From Bacteroidota bacterium (lineage in GTDB: Bacteria; Bacteroidota; Bacteroidia; UKL13-3), in NCBI GenBank assembly GCA_046314755.1, contig JBKDBG010000077.1, positions 2,152 through 66,151 on the forward strand: a stretch of 64,000 nt of DNA, written 5' to 3'. Positions 49,181 to 58,787 of the stretch are shown piece by piece. The notes below the pieces were generated by a model. It was not told the origin of the DNA. It was given only the letters and a program-made list of their open reading frames with translations, and did not search any database. Position numbers and translations under genes: made by a program. Positions within the stretch are counted from its first letter, which is position 1. Every line of letters starts with the position of its first letter.

Positions 49181-50629
49181 TTAATACGCGTAAAAGGAGA
49201 AAAATCCTCTTGATCCATTCGGATAAATTCCTTCAATAAGAATTTGTCCTCTTGCACTTTCCATGGCAGCAATTAAATCTTCCGCTTTGGTGTATTCTTT
49301 TTTATTAAATGAGGTGATTATAAAATCTTCAGGAATACCCATGTTTCTAATTCTTCCACCTTTAATATTATTGATTTTAATACCTGAAGTTAAGCCAAAT
49401 TTTTCAGCCTCCATTTTGGGCACAACGGTAAAGTCTGCACCAAGCGTAGCCGAGGTAACACTCATTTTTTTAATGATGGCCGTATTGCCGTCACGATTAA
49501 TCAACTTCACATACACATCAACACTTTTTCCGTCTCTTAACAGGGTGAGTTTTACTTTGTCCCCCGGACGGAAATAGCTGATTTGTTCATCAAATAATGC
49601 TTTGCTTTCAATGTCTTTTTCATTCACCCTAATAATTACATCTCCGGTTTTTATGCCGGCTTCTTCTGCGGGTCCGGTTGGCAAAACATACTGCACATAT
49701 ACACCAAGGTTGTTGTTTATGTTTAATTTTTCTGCTAAAGGTGCATCAACATCTTTAACATCCATACCCGTAAAACCTCTTTGTACTTCTTTGTATTCTA
49801 CCAAATCGCGCACAATTTTTTGTACCAAGTTTGATGGAATGGCAAATCCGTAACCATTGTACGAACCGGTGTTTGATGCAATAGCCGTATTGATTCCAAC
49901 CAATTGTCCGTTTAAGTTTACCAAGGCTCCACCGCTGTTCCCCGGATTAATGGCTGCATCGGTTTGGATAAAACTCTCAATCGGGAAACGATTATTCACC
50001 ACATTGATGTTTCTTCCTTTTGCACTAACAATACCTGCCGTAACCGTTGATGTTAAGTTAAATGGATTACCAACTGCCAGTACCCATTGCCCAATTTTTA
50101 CCTCATCGCTGTTGCCAAAACTCATGTGTTGTAATCCTTTGGCTTCAATTTTTAATAAGGCCAAATCGGTTGAGCCATCGGTGCCAATTATTTTTGCTTT
50201 ATAGCTGTGTTTGTTATTATTGGTAATTACTTCAATGGCATCGGCATCTTTTACCACATGCAGGTTGGTTACAATGTATCCATCAGCACTAATAATTACG
50301 CCACTACCGGAGTTGGTTACCGGACCTCTTCGTCCAAAAAAATCCCAATCCGACCAAAAGTTCAAAAATGGATCGTTGATTTGCTGTGAGTTAGTGATGG
50401 TTTTAATGAAAACCACGGTTGGCGTTGCAATGGCAGACGCTTTAACCATGTCATCACTTCCGGCCATGGTGCTTCCTTTATAATCAATATTGGTGTATAT
50501 ATTGCTTGTATTTTGTGCAGCATTTCCTTGGGTTAATACAACCCTGTTGGGAAGTAAAAAATAAAACGAAGCGGCACCGGCAATACCACTCACAAATGCT
50601 GTTAAAATAAATCCTACATTTTTTTTCAT
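49181..50629 (-). CDS. htrA: HtrA/DegP-family periplasmic serine endoprotease with PDZ domains
   Basis: Catalytic triad context: VTNLHVV, DLALLKI and GNSGGALVN. Two PDZ-like C-terminal regions. The start is taken at Met10 (MKKNVGFILTAF...). Confidence 0.9.
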   Translation of the reverse strand: MKKNVGFILTAFVSGIAGAASFYFLLPNRVVLTQGNAAQNTSNIYTNIDYKGSTMAGSDDMVKASAIATPTVVFIKTITNSQQINDPFLNFWSDWDFFGRRGPVTNSGSGVIISADGYIVTNLHVVKDADAIEVITNNNKHSYKAKIIGTDGSTDLALLKIEAKGLQHMSFGNSDEVKIGQWVLAVGNPFNLTSTVTAGIVSAKGRNINVVNNRFPIESFIQTDAAINPGNSGGALVNLNGQLVGINTAIASNTGSYNGYGFAIPSNLVQKIVRDLVEYKEVQRGFTGMDVKDVDAPLAEKLNINNNLGVYVQYVLPTGPAEEAGIKTGDVIIRVNEKDIESKALFDEQISYFRPGDKVKLTLLRDGKSVDVYVKLINRDGNTAIIKKMSVTSATLGADFTVVPKMEAEKFGLTSGIKINNIKGGRIRNMGIPEDFIITSFNKKEYTKAEDLIAAMESARGQILIEGIYPNGSRGFFSFYAY

Positions 50630-50640
50630 AGTAAATACAT

Positions 50641-50676
50641 AAAAAAACCACTGCAAAATTATAAGGAGCAGTGGTT
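50641..50676 (-). terminator. Hairpin plus T-run after the DUF1573 gene (minus strand); the loop contains TAATTTTG
   Basis: Stem AACCACTGC/GCAGTGGTT (9 bp, 13-nt loop) followed on the minus strand by T7. A TAnnTTTG match (minus strand, 50661-50654) lies in the loop, about 25 nt upstream of the htrA ATG. Confidence 0.45.
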
Positions 50677-50696
50677 AAAAGTCAAACGGAATTAAA

Positions 50697-51854
50697 TTAC
50701 TTTTTTAAGTACATCACATTGGCTTTAAGTTCGGCTGTGTGAACAGTTTTATCCGGTGTGTTGGTGATAAAGGTGATGGTTTTATTCACTTTACCTAAAT
50801 CATAACCCGTATTGTACGTAATTTTTACAGGAGTTTTTTTGTTTCTTTTGATTGGTTTTGAATAATCAAAATCAACTACGGTACAACCACAATTGCTCGA
50901 TATCTTTCGCACAAACATCGGGTCTTTACCTTTATTGGTGATGTAAAAAGTTACCGTGTTTTTACTTTCAATATTCACGGTATCCAAATCAACAGTGGGA
51001 GTGATGATTTCCATTACCGGTGCACGCTTTTGTTGTTTTGGCGTAAGCTTTGAAAAGTCTTCTGTAATATTGGCCCTGATTAAATATTTTTTTTCAGGCA
51101 CAGCAGGGTCGTTGGTAACCATGGTTATTTCATTGATGATATTTCCGTAATCCTTAGACAATAAAGCGTTAAACTTTATTTTAATATTTACGTTATTTTG
51201 CGGATTCACCACATTTTGGTCAGGAGTGAAAGTGATCCAATCAGGAGCAATAATTTTTTTGATTTCAATGGGTTTATCTAATGGATTATAAACCGAAACA
51301 ATCACAGAATCGGATTCATAGGTAAAGATTTGTTCAAAGTTTATTTGGTATTTATCAAAACGCATGTTGCCCTGTGTAGTTGAAAATTGCTTTTCAAGTC
51401 TGGAGAATTTGTCATCAACATAACCCTCCAAGGTTAGAAAATATACGTTGGGTTCACCATCAGTATACACCATGATATTTTTTGATACCTTACCACTAAG
51501 CATGTAAGGATAAAATTTTATTTCAATTTTCCCGTTTCCTTGAAAAGGCACTTCATCTTTGCTCCAACTGGCGGCAGAGCAGTTACAATCAGGTTTTACA
51601 TTAATAATTTTGATAGGACCTTTACCAATATTTTTAAAATTAAAGGTGTAGGTAATGGGATCTTGCTGATCAACCAAAGTGCCAAAATTGATGATGGTTT
51701 GGTCGAAAAATAAGGCACCTTTTTCCTGAGATTTTGGAGCCGGTTTAGTAACCTTATTTTCTTTTTTGGCAGGTTGTTTTGATTGTGCAACTGCGTTTTG
51801 TATAGAAAAACCTAGTGTAAGTAATGTAATTGTTAATAGTGTTGATTTTCTCAT
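50697..51854 (-). CDS. DUF1573 domain-containing secreted protein (multiple DUF1573-like modules)
   Basis: Signal peptide. Repeated modules carry the characteristic Cys pair (VKPDCNCSAASWSKD; SSNCGCTVVDFDYSKPI). Confidence 0.65.
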   Translation of the reverse strand: MRKSTLLTITLLTLGFSIQNAVAQSKQPAKKENKVTKPAPKSQEKGALFFDQTIINFGTLVDQQDPITYTFNFKNIGKGPIKIINVKPDCNCSAASWSKDEVPFQGNGKIEIKFYPYMLSGKVSKNIMVYTDGEPNVYFLTLEGYVDDKFSRLEKQFSTTQGNMRFDKYQINFEQIFTYESDSVIVSVYNPLDKPIEIKKIIAPDWITFTPDQNVVNPQNNVNIKIKFNALLSKDYGNIINEITMVTNDPAVPEKKYLIRANITEDFSKLTPKQQKRAPVMEIITPTVDLDTVNIESKNTVTFYITNKGKDPMFVRKISSNCGCTVVDFDYSKPIKRNKKTPVKITYNTGYDLGKVNKTITFITNTPDKTVHTAELKANVMYLKK

Positions 51855-51928
51855 CGCTAATCCCTTAATATTTTATAGTGTTTCGTTTCAGATGTAATTC
51901 AAGTGTAATAAGTTGCATGGCTTGTTGA

Positions 51929-52708
51929 TTAAAGCAATTCAAAGCGATCGGCATCATTCCAAACGGGAAAATCGTTTCGGTATTGTTGCACTTCATTTAA
52001 CCGGATACTGTTTATTGCAATTTCGGCTCTTTGAGTGCAATGGTAAATTACTTTTCCGTTGGGATGAATTATTTGGGTATCACCGCTATGGTTCACGCTG
52101 TTTCCATCTTGCCCAACCCGATTTACAGCTACCACATAACATTGGTTTTCAATGGCACGTGCTTTTAACAAGGCATTCCAATGTTCGGCCCTGCGTTCAG
52201 GCCAATTGGCCACCATTAATATGGCATCATAATCAGCTTTTGGTGTGCGCCTCAGCCAAACAGGAAATCTCAGGTCATAACAAACGGACAATAAAATTTT
52301 AAAACCGTTTAATTCTATAATAACTTTTTGATTTCCGGGTTTATAATGGTTGTTTTCCTGACCGATGCTGAACAAATGTTTTTTGTTGTATGCATAATAA
52401 CTGCCTTCGGGTTTCATCCAAATCAATCGGTTGTATGCATCTTCGTGTTTATCTTTTAGCATGATGCTGCCACAAATAACCGATTGTTTTAGTTGGGATA
52501 AACCACTTAACCACTGCATCGTTTCACCGTCTATGGTTTCGGCAAGTGAGGTATTCATGCTAAACCCGGTGCTGAATGTTTCAGGTAATACAATTACATC
52601 TACCGGTTCATTTATGCCAAGTATCATTTGTTCTAACTTGCTTCTGTTTTCAGCAGGCGATTCCCAAATGATATCGGTTTGCAAGGTGGCAATTTTTAAC
52701 ACACTCAT
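51929..52708 (-). CDS. Carbon-nitrogen hydrolase family amidohydrolase (omega-amidase YafV-like)
   Basis: Nitrilase-superfamily E-K-C triad context: VLPETF, YNKKHLF and LLSVCYDLRFP. Confidence 0.8.
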   Translation of the reverse strand: MSVLKIATLQTDIIWESPAENRSKLEQMILGINEPVDVIVLPETFSTGFSMNTSLAETIDGETMQWLSGLSQLKQSVICGSIMLKDKHEDAYNRLIWMKPEGSYYAYNKKHLFSIGQENNHYKPGNQKVIIELNGFKILLSVCYDLRFPVWLRRTPKADYDAILMVANWPERRAEHWNALLKARAIENQCYVVAVNRVGQDGNSVNHSGDTQIIHPNGKVIYHCTQRAEIAINSIRLNEVQQYRNDFPVWNDADRFELL

Positions 52709-53862
52709 ATCTTCATAATTTTTTCAGCCGCTTTTTCCAGTGTTTCGTTTTGTTTAGCAAAACAAAAACGCAGCACTTGGTTGTCAACTGATTGATGGTA
52801 AAAAACAGAGGTTGGTATAGCGGCAATTTTATGTTCTTTGGTGAGTCGTACTGCAAACTCGGTATCCTTTTCTTGGGTGATTTTGTTGTAGCCCAACAGT
52901 TGAAAGTAGGACCCTTCACAAGGCAATATTTTAAATCGGCTGCCTTTTACCAAGGAGCGGAAATAGTCGCGTTTTTCTTGGTAAAAATTTCCCAATTCTA
53001 AATAGGCATCTTTATCGTCCAAATAATCGGCAATGGCATATTGAATAGGAGTGTTGGCGCTAAAGCACATAAACTGGTGCACTTTTCTAAATTCAACCAT
53101 CAAATTTGCCGGAGCCAAAACATATCCCATTTTCCAACCGGTAGTATGGTAAGTTTTTCCAAAGGAAGAAACGATGATGCTTCTTTCTGCCAGCTTAGGA
53201 TATCTGGCTACGCTTTGGTGTTCAATCCCATCAAAAATAATGTGTTCATACACTTCATCACTCAACACAATGATTTCACTGTTTTTTACAATTTTTTCCA
53301 GTTTCATTAAGTCTTGTGCACCTAGCGTTGTTCCGGTTGGATTGTGAGGCGTGTTGATGATAATCATTTTAGTTTTGTAGGTCACCAATTTTTTCACCTC
53401 ATCCCAATTCACCTTGTAGTTTGGGTATTTAAGTTCAGCGAATATGGCTCGGCCACCGTTTACTTTAATGGCAGGTAAATAACTGTCGTAACAAGGTTCA
53501 ATAATAATCACCTCATCATCTTCACCTACAAAAGCACTAATGGCTGCATAAAGCGCATGTGTGCCACCGGGCGTTATGGTAATTTCGGTATCGGGGTTAT
53601 ATACTGCGCTGTATAACTCTTGGGTTTTGGCAGCAATTTTTTCTCTTAATTTCATCACACCCGGCATGGGTGCATATTGGTTCATGCCACTTTTCATGTA
53701 ATGATGCACCAAATCAATCAACTTGTTGCTGCAAGCAAAGTCGGGGAAACCTTGAGCCAAATTGATGGCATTGTGTTCAGCCGCCAAAGCGCTCATTACG
53801 GTAAAAATGGTTGTACCGGTTTTAGGTAGTTTACTTTTTATGTTTCCTTCAAAATGAGGCAT
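52705..53862 (-). CDS. Class I/II PLP aminotransferase (methionine/glutamine aminotransferase YbdL-like)
   Basis: INTPHNPTG and SSFGKTYHTTGWKMGY (PLP lysine). Its stop overlaps the amidase start by 4 nt. Confidence 0.8.
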   Translation of the reverse strand: MPHFEGNIKSKLPKTGTTIFTVMSALAAEHNAINLAQGFPDFACSNKLIDLVHHYMKSGMNQYAPMPGVMKLREKIAAKTQELYSAVYNPDTEITITPGGTHALYAAISAFVGEDDEVIIIEPCYDSYLPAIKVNGGRAIFAELKYPNYKVNWDEVKKLVTYKTKMIIINTPHNPTGTTLGAQDLMKLEKIVKNSEIIVLSDEVYEHIIFDGIEHQSVARYPKLAERSIIVSSFGKTYHTTGWKMGYVLAPANLMVEFRKVHQFMCFSANTPIQYAIADYLDDKDAYLELGNFYQEKRDYFRSLVKGSRFKILPCEGSYFQLLGYNKITQEKDTEFAVRLTKEHKIAAIPTSVFYHQSVDNQVLRFCFAKQNETLEKAAEKIMKI

Positions 53863-54012
53863 AAATGAACAAGGTTTGTTTCGCTCAATTTATAATTATA
53901 TCCATCAACAAAAAGCACATTTTATCACAAATATCAGCTTTGTAATAATAATCAGCTACTTAAGTAAATACCATTCGCAAGTACAATGTACCATAAAGCC
54001 CTAAAAGCTTCG

Positions 54013-54020
54013 TATATTTG
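54013..54020 (+). promoter_or_regulatory. Candidate -7 promoter box TATATTTG
   Basis: Exact TAnnTTTG match 10 nt upstream of ATG 54031. This supports the shorter ABC-F start. Confidence 0.4.
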
Positions 54021-54030
54021 CCGCTCATTT

Positions 54031-55956
54031 ATGATAGCATTAACTGACTTTGGATTTGAATTTGGTGGAAGGTTTTTATACCGCAATGCCAATTGGCATA
54101 TTAAACCTAATGAACGTATTGGATTGATAGGCATGAACGGAACGGGAAAATCAACCTTGTTACGTGTAATTAACGGAGAGTATCAATTAACAGAAGGCAA
54201 CTTATCAAAACCTAAAGATTTAACCATTGGTTTCTTAAATCAAGATCAACTGAGTTTTGAATCGGAGAAAAGCATTTTGGAAGTCGCCATGGGCGCGTTT
54301 GAAAGGGCATTGTTTCTAGAAAAAGAAATGGAAAAGGTATTGGTTCAACTTGAAACCGACCATAGTGATGCAGTGATTAATAAGCTAAGTGAGTTACAAA
54401 ACGAATTTGATGCATTGGATGGATACAATATTCACCACAAATGCGAAAAGGTGTTGGAAGGATTAGGTTTTACTACGGCTCAACTTTCACAACCGTACAA
54501 AAAGTTTTCGGGAGGTTGGCGCATGCGTGTAATGTTGGCTAAGTTGTTATTGCAACAACCTAATTTACTCATGCTGGATGAGCCTACCAACCACTTGGAT
54601 TTACCCACCATTGAATGGCTTGAAAACTATTTGAAAGATTATGAAGGAACGGTTATTGTGGTTTCGCATGACCGAGAGTTTTTAGATCGAATGGTGACTA
54701 AAATTGTTGAAGTGGCCAACCAACGCGTGTATGAATTCTCAGGCAATTACAGCTTTTATTTGGAAGCAAAAGTCGAGCGTGTTGAAATGCAACAAAGGCA
54801 GTTTGATAACCAGCAACAATTTATTAAGCAACAAGAGCAGTTTATAAACAGGTTCAAGGCAAAGGCATCCAAGGCTACTGCTGCGCAAAGTCGTGCGCGA
54901 ATGTTGGAGAAATTGGAAAGGGTAGAAGCACCGGAAGAAGAAAATGCCGAAATCAATATTGATTTTAGATTTAATACTGCATCGGGTAAGGTAGTGGCCA
55001 AGATGGAAAATATTTCAAAAGCATTTCCTGATATTGAAATCTTAAAAAATACAGGAGGCGAAATTGTGCGCGGGGATAAAATCGCTTTGATTGGGGCTAA
55101 CGGTAAAGGTAAATCAACCTTGTTACGTATGATTGCCGGAACTGAAACCTATGAAGGTAAAATAGATCCGGGGCATAATGTGATTCAGGCATTTTACGCC
55201 CAACATCAATTGGAATCATTAAACCTTGAAAATGAAATTTTGGAGGAAATGCGCCAATATGGTGGCGAAAGAACCGAAACGGAATTGCGTACCTTGTTGG
55301 GGTGTTTTTTGTTTGCCAACGATGAGGTATTTAAAAAAATAAAAGTGTTAAGTGGCGGTGAAAAAGCACGTGTGGCCCTGGCGCGAACCTTATTGGCCGA
55401 AGCGAACTTTTTATTACTTGATGAGCCTACCAACCACTTGGATATGCGCTCCATTAACATATTAATTCAAGCTTTGCAGCAATATCAAGGCACATTTGTG
55501 GTGGTATCGCACGATCGTTTTTTTGTGTCGCAAATTGCCAACAAAATTTGGTGGCTTGAGGATGGTGAACTGAAAGAATATCCGGGAACCTTTGCCGAAT
55601 ATGAATATTGGAGAAAACAAAAAGAAGCGGAAAAGGCTTTGAACCAAACACCAACAAACAAAAAAGAAAAACAAGCGGCAACAGTTGTTAAATCCGAAGA
55701 GGTAAAACAACCCAATACCAACAACCAACTTAAAACGTTAAAAAAGGAATTTGAACAATGTGAAGCAGAGTTGGAATCTATCAAATCAAAAATTGCCGGG
55801 GTTGAGCATGATTTTACTAAGCCCGAAGTAACAGCCAATATTGAGCAAATGAAATCTTTAAATACCACGTATGCGTTATTAAAGCAACAATTAATTGATG
55901 CTGAAAAACATTATGAGGTATTGTTTGAACAAATTATGCAATTAGAAAACGCGTAA
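54031..55956 (+). CDS. ABC-F family ATPase (two ABC domains, no TM domain, C-terminal coiled-coil extension)
   Basis: Walker A GMNGTGKST and GANGKGKST. Signatures FSGGWRMR and LSGGEKAR. Charged inter-domain linker. Confidence 0.9.
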   Translation: MIALTDFGFEFGGRFLYRNANWHIKPNERIGLIGMNGTGKSTLLRVINGEYQLTEGNLSKPKDLTIGFLNQDQLSFESEKSILEVAMGAFERALFLEKEMEKVLVQLETDHSDAVINKLSELQNEFDALDGYNIHHKCEKVLEGLGFTTAQLSQPYKKFSGGWRMRVMLAKLLLQQPNLLMLDEPTNHLDLPTIEWLENYLKDYEGTVIVVSHDREFLDRMVTKIVEVANQRVYEFSGNYSFYLEAKVERVEMQQRQFDNQQQFIKQQEQFINRFKAKASKATAAQSRARMLEKLERVEAPEEENAEINIDFRFNTASGKVVAKMENISKAFPDIEILKNTGGEIVRGDKIALIGANGKGKSTLLRMIAGTETYEGKIDPGHNVIQAFYAQHQLESLNLENEILEEMRQYGGERTETELRTLLGCFLFANDEVFKKIKVLSGGEKARVALARTLLAEANFLLLDEPTNHLDMRSINILIQALQQYQGTFVVVSHDRFFVSQIANKIWWLEDGELKEYPGTFAEYEYWRKQKEAEKALNQTPTNKKEKQAATVVKSEEVKQPNTNNQLKTLKKEFEQCEAELESIKSKIAGVEHDFTKPEVTANIEQMKSLNTTYALLKQQLIDAEKHYEVLFEQIMQLENA

Positions 55957-55961
55957 ATAAA

Positions 55962-57218
55962 ATGATGAAAATCTTTAGCTTAATCACTACTCTTTTTCTG
56001 GCCTTAAGCGCCATGTCGCAGTCAGGCAAGCCGCTTGACAACATGGTGTTTGATGATAAAGTAAGAAGTGTTCAGCTGATGAAAGCAGGTACGGAAGATC
56101 GTTACCCGATTACTACTTTAAACAGTGGTATTCAATTGGAATTAAGCTTTGATATTTTAGGTAGCAACAATGAATATTTTCAATACACGCTCATTCATTG
56201 TGATGCGAATTGGGTACCCACACCACTTAACCAAAATGAATATTTAAAAGGATTAACTTTTGATAACGTAACCGATTTTAAATTCTCCACCAACACTTAC
56301 GTAAAGTATGTTCATTATTCAGTTTTGCTGCCGAATGAAAACATTAAACCGATTATTGCAGGCAATTACATTATTAAAATTTACCGCAATTTTGATGAAG
56401 AAGACTTAGTGCTAACCCGCAGAATGATGGTGATTAATCCTTCCATTTCTATAGAAGGAAATGTGAAGCCTGCCACCTTATCGCAATACCGATACACCAA
56501 ACAAGAGTTAAACTTTACCGTAAATTATAAAGGCTTTAACATGCCCGATCCTTACAAGGATGTGCAGGTGGTTATTCTTCAAAATAACAAATGGGATAAT
56601 GCTTTAACGGGATTAAAACCGTTGTTTATCAATAACAATACGTTGGATTATAACTATTTCGACCAAACCTTATTTGAAGGCGGTAATGAGTTTCGTTTTT
56701 TTGATACCCGAAGTTTAAGACAATTTAGTCAAAATGTACGGGCCAAAACCTTAGACTCCATGTATCATTGTTATTTGAATTACGAAGAAACACGCGGCAG
56801 CAAACAATATTTTAATTACATTGATTTTAACGGAAAGCGTGTACTCAGCAACAAAGATGGCAACAACCCGCCTATTGATGGGGATTATGCTTGGGTTACT
56901 TTTTATTTGTTATCATTAAGCCAGTTGGAGCAAGATGTGTATGTGTATGGCGAATGTACCGATTGGAAATTATTGCCCGAATACAAAATGTTTTACAATA
57001 AAAATCGTTCGCGTTATGAGGTGGATGTGTTGCTAAAACAAGGCCGATACGAATATAAATATGCCGTTGCCACACCCGAAGGAAAACCTGATGAATACCA
57101 ATTGGAAGGTACCTATTCAGGTGCTGAAAATGAATACCTCATCCTCATTTACCACAAACACATTCAATTTAAATACGATGAATTAATTGGGATGAAAATG
57201 GTTAGAACACAGTTTTAA
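55962..57218 (+). CDS. DUF5103 protein (family now described as the T9SS plug protein)
   Basis: Signal peptide, then FDDKVRSVQLMKAGTEDRYPITTLNSGIQLELSFDILG...YTLIHCDANW. From memory this matches the DUF5103 / T9SS_plug N-terminal domain. Its size (418 aa) fits. Confidence 0.5.
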   Translation: MMKIFSLITTLFLALSAMSQSGKPLDNMVFDDKVRSVQLMKAGTEDRYPITTLNSGIQLELSFDILGSNNEYFQYTLIHCDANWVPTPLNQNEYLKGLTFDNVTDFKFSTNTYVKYVHYSVLLPNENIKPIIAGNYIIKIYRNFDEEDLVLTRRMMVINPSISIEGNVKPATLSQYRYTKQELNFTVNYKGFNMPDPYKDVQVVILQNNKWDNALTGLKPLFINNNTLDYNYFDQTLFEGGNEFRFFDTRSLRQFSQNVRAKTLDSMYHCYLNYEETRGSKQYFNYIDFNGKRVLSNKDGNNPPIDGDYAWVTFYLLSLSQLEQDVYVYGECTDWKLLPEYKMFYNKNRSRYEVDVLLKQGRYEYKYAVATPEGKPDEYQLEGTYSGAENEYLILIYHKHIQFKYDELIGMKMVRTQF

Positions 57219-58570
57219 CCAAACACATCAAAACCACCATCCAAAATGGTTGGAGGAACTTCTTCTTCAATTAAATCAAAACGTGTGGTGAAAGCTTTGT
57301 AAGTGAGTTTTCCGTTGTGGTAATTAATACTCATCACAGAAGGATCGCAAGCTCCGTTTCCACTTACCAATTTATAATCATATTCTAAATCGAGGGTACG
57401 CACTTTTTGTTGCCACACAAAATCATCATAATTACTTAACCCGGCTTCATAGTGGGAGAGTGGTCCGCACATTAATTCATGTAAAATGATACTTTCTTGG
57501 TAATTGCGTTTAAGGGTAATGGTGCTGTGTAAAGAGGCGTTTCCTTGTCCGGTTAAAAACACAATCCCTTTTAAATGATGTTCTTTAATAAACGCCAATA
57601 TTTCTTCCTTTTGGGTAATAAATGCCTCTGCGCTCCAATATTCACTGTAATCGGTTTCTTTAATGGTGATAAACGGAACAGCCGTAACAATAAACTTGGC
57701 TTTATCATGATTAGTGAGCAACCAATCTTTTAAGGCTTGCATTTGCTCTTCACTAATCATTTGCCTGCGTTGAGTACTTTTTACAAATTGGTAACGCTCG
57801 GTGCGGGTATCCAATACAAAAAAGGAAGCTCCCGTATAATTAAACGTATAGTAAAATTTATTGCCAAAGGTTTGCGGATTACGCAAATGTTGAAACATCT
57901 GATATACCGGCAAGGCTTCACGCGAATAGTATGAGGCGGTTTTTACATCATACTCCACATCATTGGCATACCTAAAATACAATTCATGGTCGTTAATAGT
58001 GGCATAATTGGCAATGCGTCCGTAAAACTCTACTGCTTCTCTATGATTCCATGATTCTATGTATCGTCTTTTATAATCTTCTGATTGTATTTCTCTTTGT
58101 TGAGCCGGGGCATCAACATAAATTTGGTTTCCTGCGTGTATCATCAAAGCCGGTTTTTCGGCCCTGCGAATGTTGATGAGGTTCCTAAATACCCGTTTTC
58201 CGTCTAATGGTGTGCGTTGCAAATTGTTACTGCCCAACAAAAAGGAAACCGGATAATCAACCCTTGGAACAGTATTAAAACTCCCCCGATATGAATAACC
58301 AATTGGAACTCCGGCAATATCTTTAAATACTACCTCAACGGTGTACATCATTCGTATGAATCCGCTATCGGCCGGATTTAACTCATCTAATTCTAATACA
58401 CCAATAAAGTTATCATGTTTATAGATACTTAAGTTTTGAGAAAGCGTTTGCAAATCACTTTTAATAATGATTTGTGCTTTTAGCGTAGTAGTACTTTCAT
58501 TGTTAGCCATACCTCTAACCCAAATTTTAGCTGAGTTTTCGGTAATATGGCCAATAATTAACTGGGACAT
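57215..58570 (-). CDS. PhoD-like (alkaline phosphatase D family) metallophosphoesterase-fold protein; no signal peptide
   Basis: PhoD_N-like start IGHITENSAKIWVR. Metallophosphatase-like blocks MIHAGNQIYVD, TINDHELY and FLTGQGNASLH. Confidence 0.5.
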   Translation of the reverse strand: MSQLIIGHITENSAKIWVRGMANNESTTTLKAQIIIKSDLQTLSQNLSIYKHDNFIGVLELDELNPADSGFIRMMYTVEVVFKDIAGVPIGYSYRGSFNTVPRVDYPVSFLLGSNNLQRTPLDGKRVFRNLINIRRAEKPALMIHAGNQIYVDAPAQQREIQSEDYKRRYIESWNHREAVEFYGRIANYATINDHELYFRYANDVEYDVKTASYYSREALPVYQMFQHLRNPQTFGNKFYYTFNYTGASFFVLDTRTERYQFVKSTQRRQMISEEQMQALKDWLLTNHDKAKFIVTAVPFITIKETDYSEYWSAEAFITQKEEILAFIKEHHLKGIVFLTGQGNASLHSTITLKRNYQESIILHELMCGPLSHYEAGLSNYDDFVWQQKVRTLDLEYDYKLVSGNGACDPSVMSINYHNGKLTYKAFTTRFDLIEEEVPPTILDGGFDVFG

Positions 58571-58787
58571 ATAGGTAAGGATTACATCAATTTCAAGTAA
58601 AACTAACGATTTTTCTCCCTAAAAATCAAATTTTTGTGTACGGAAGTTTATCAAGATTGATGTGAATAAACTTTGGAAAGTGTAGTTAATGCACTGATTA
58701 TTAAATTAATGAGTGATTTTTAGAGCTAATCCTGTTGGGTAAAACACTTCGGAATTAATTATAAGTTAATATGATATTCGGCCCGTT

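Noticed and set aside
51913-52302. 129 aa plus-strand ORF
   Set aside because: It lies entirely inside and antisense to the carbon-nitrogen hydrolase gene, which has an intact E-K-C triad.
55206-55868. Cluster of four minus-strand ORFs (75-127 aa)
   Set aside because: They are antisense to the ABC-F ATPase gene in its lysine/glutamate-rich 3' part. That composition leaves the opposite strand open, and nothing else supports them.
58571-58787. 217-nt non-coding gap between the nuclease and the PhoD-like gene, considered as a possible small RNA or regulatory element
   Set aside because: I found no convincing hairpin/T-run, repeat or conserved-looking motif by eye. It is probably just a promoter or spacer region.
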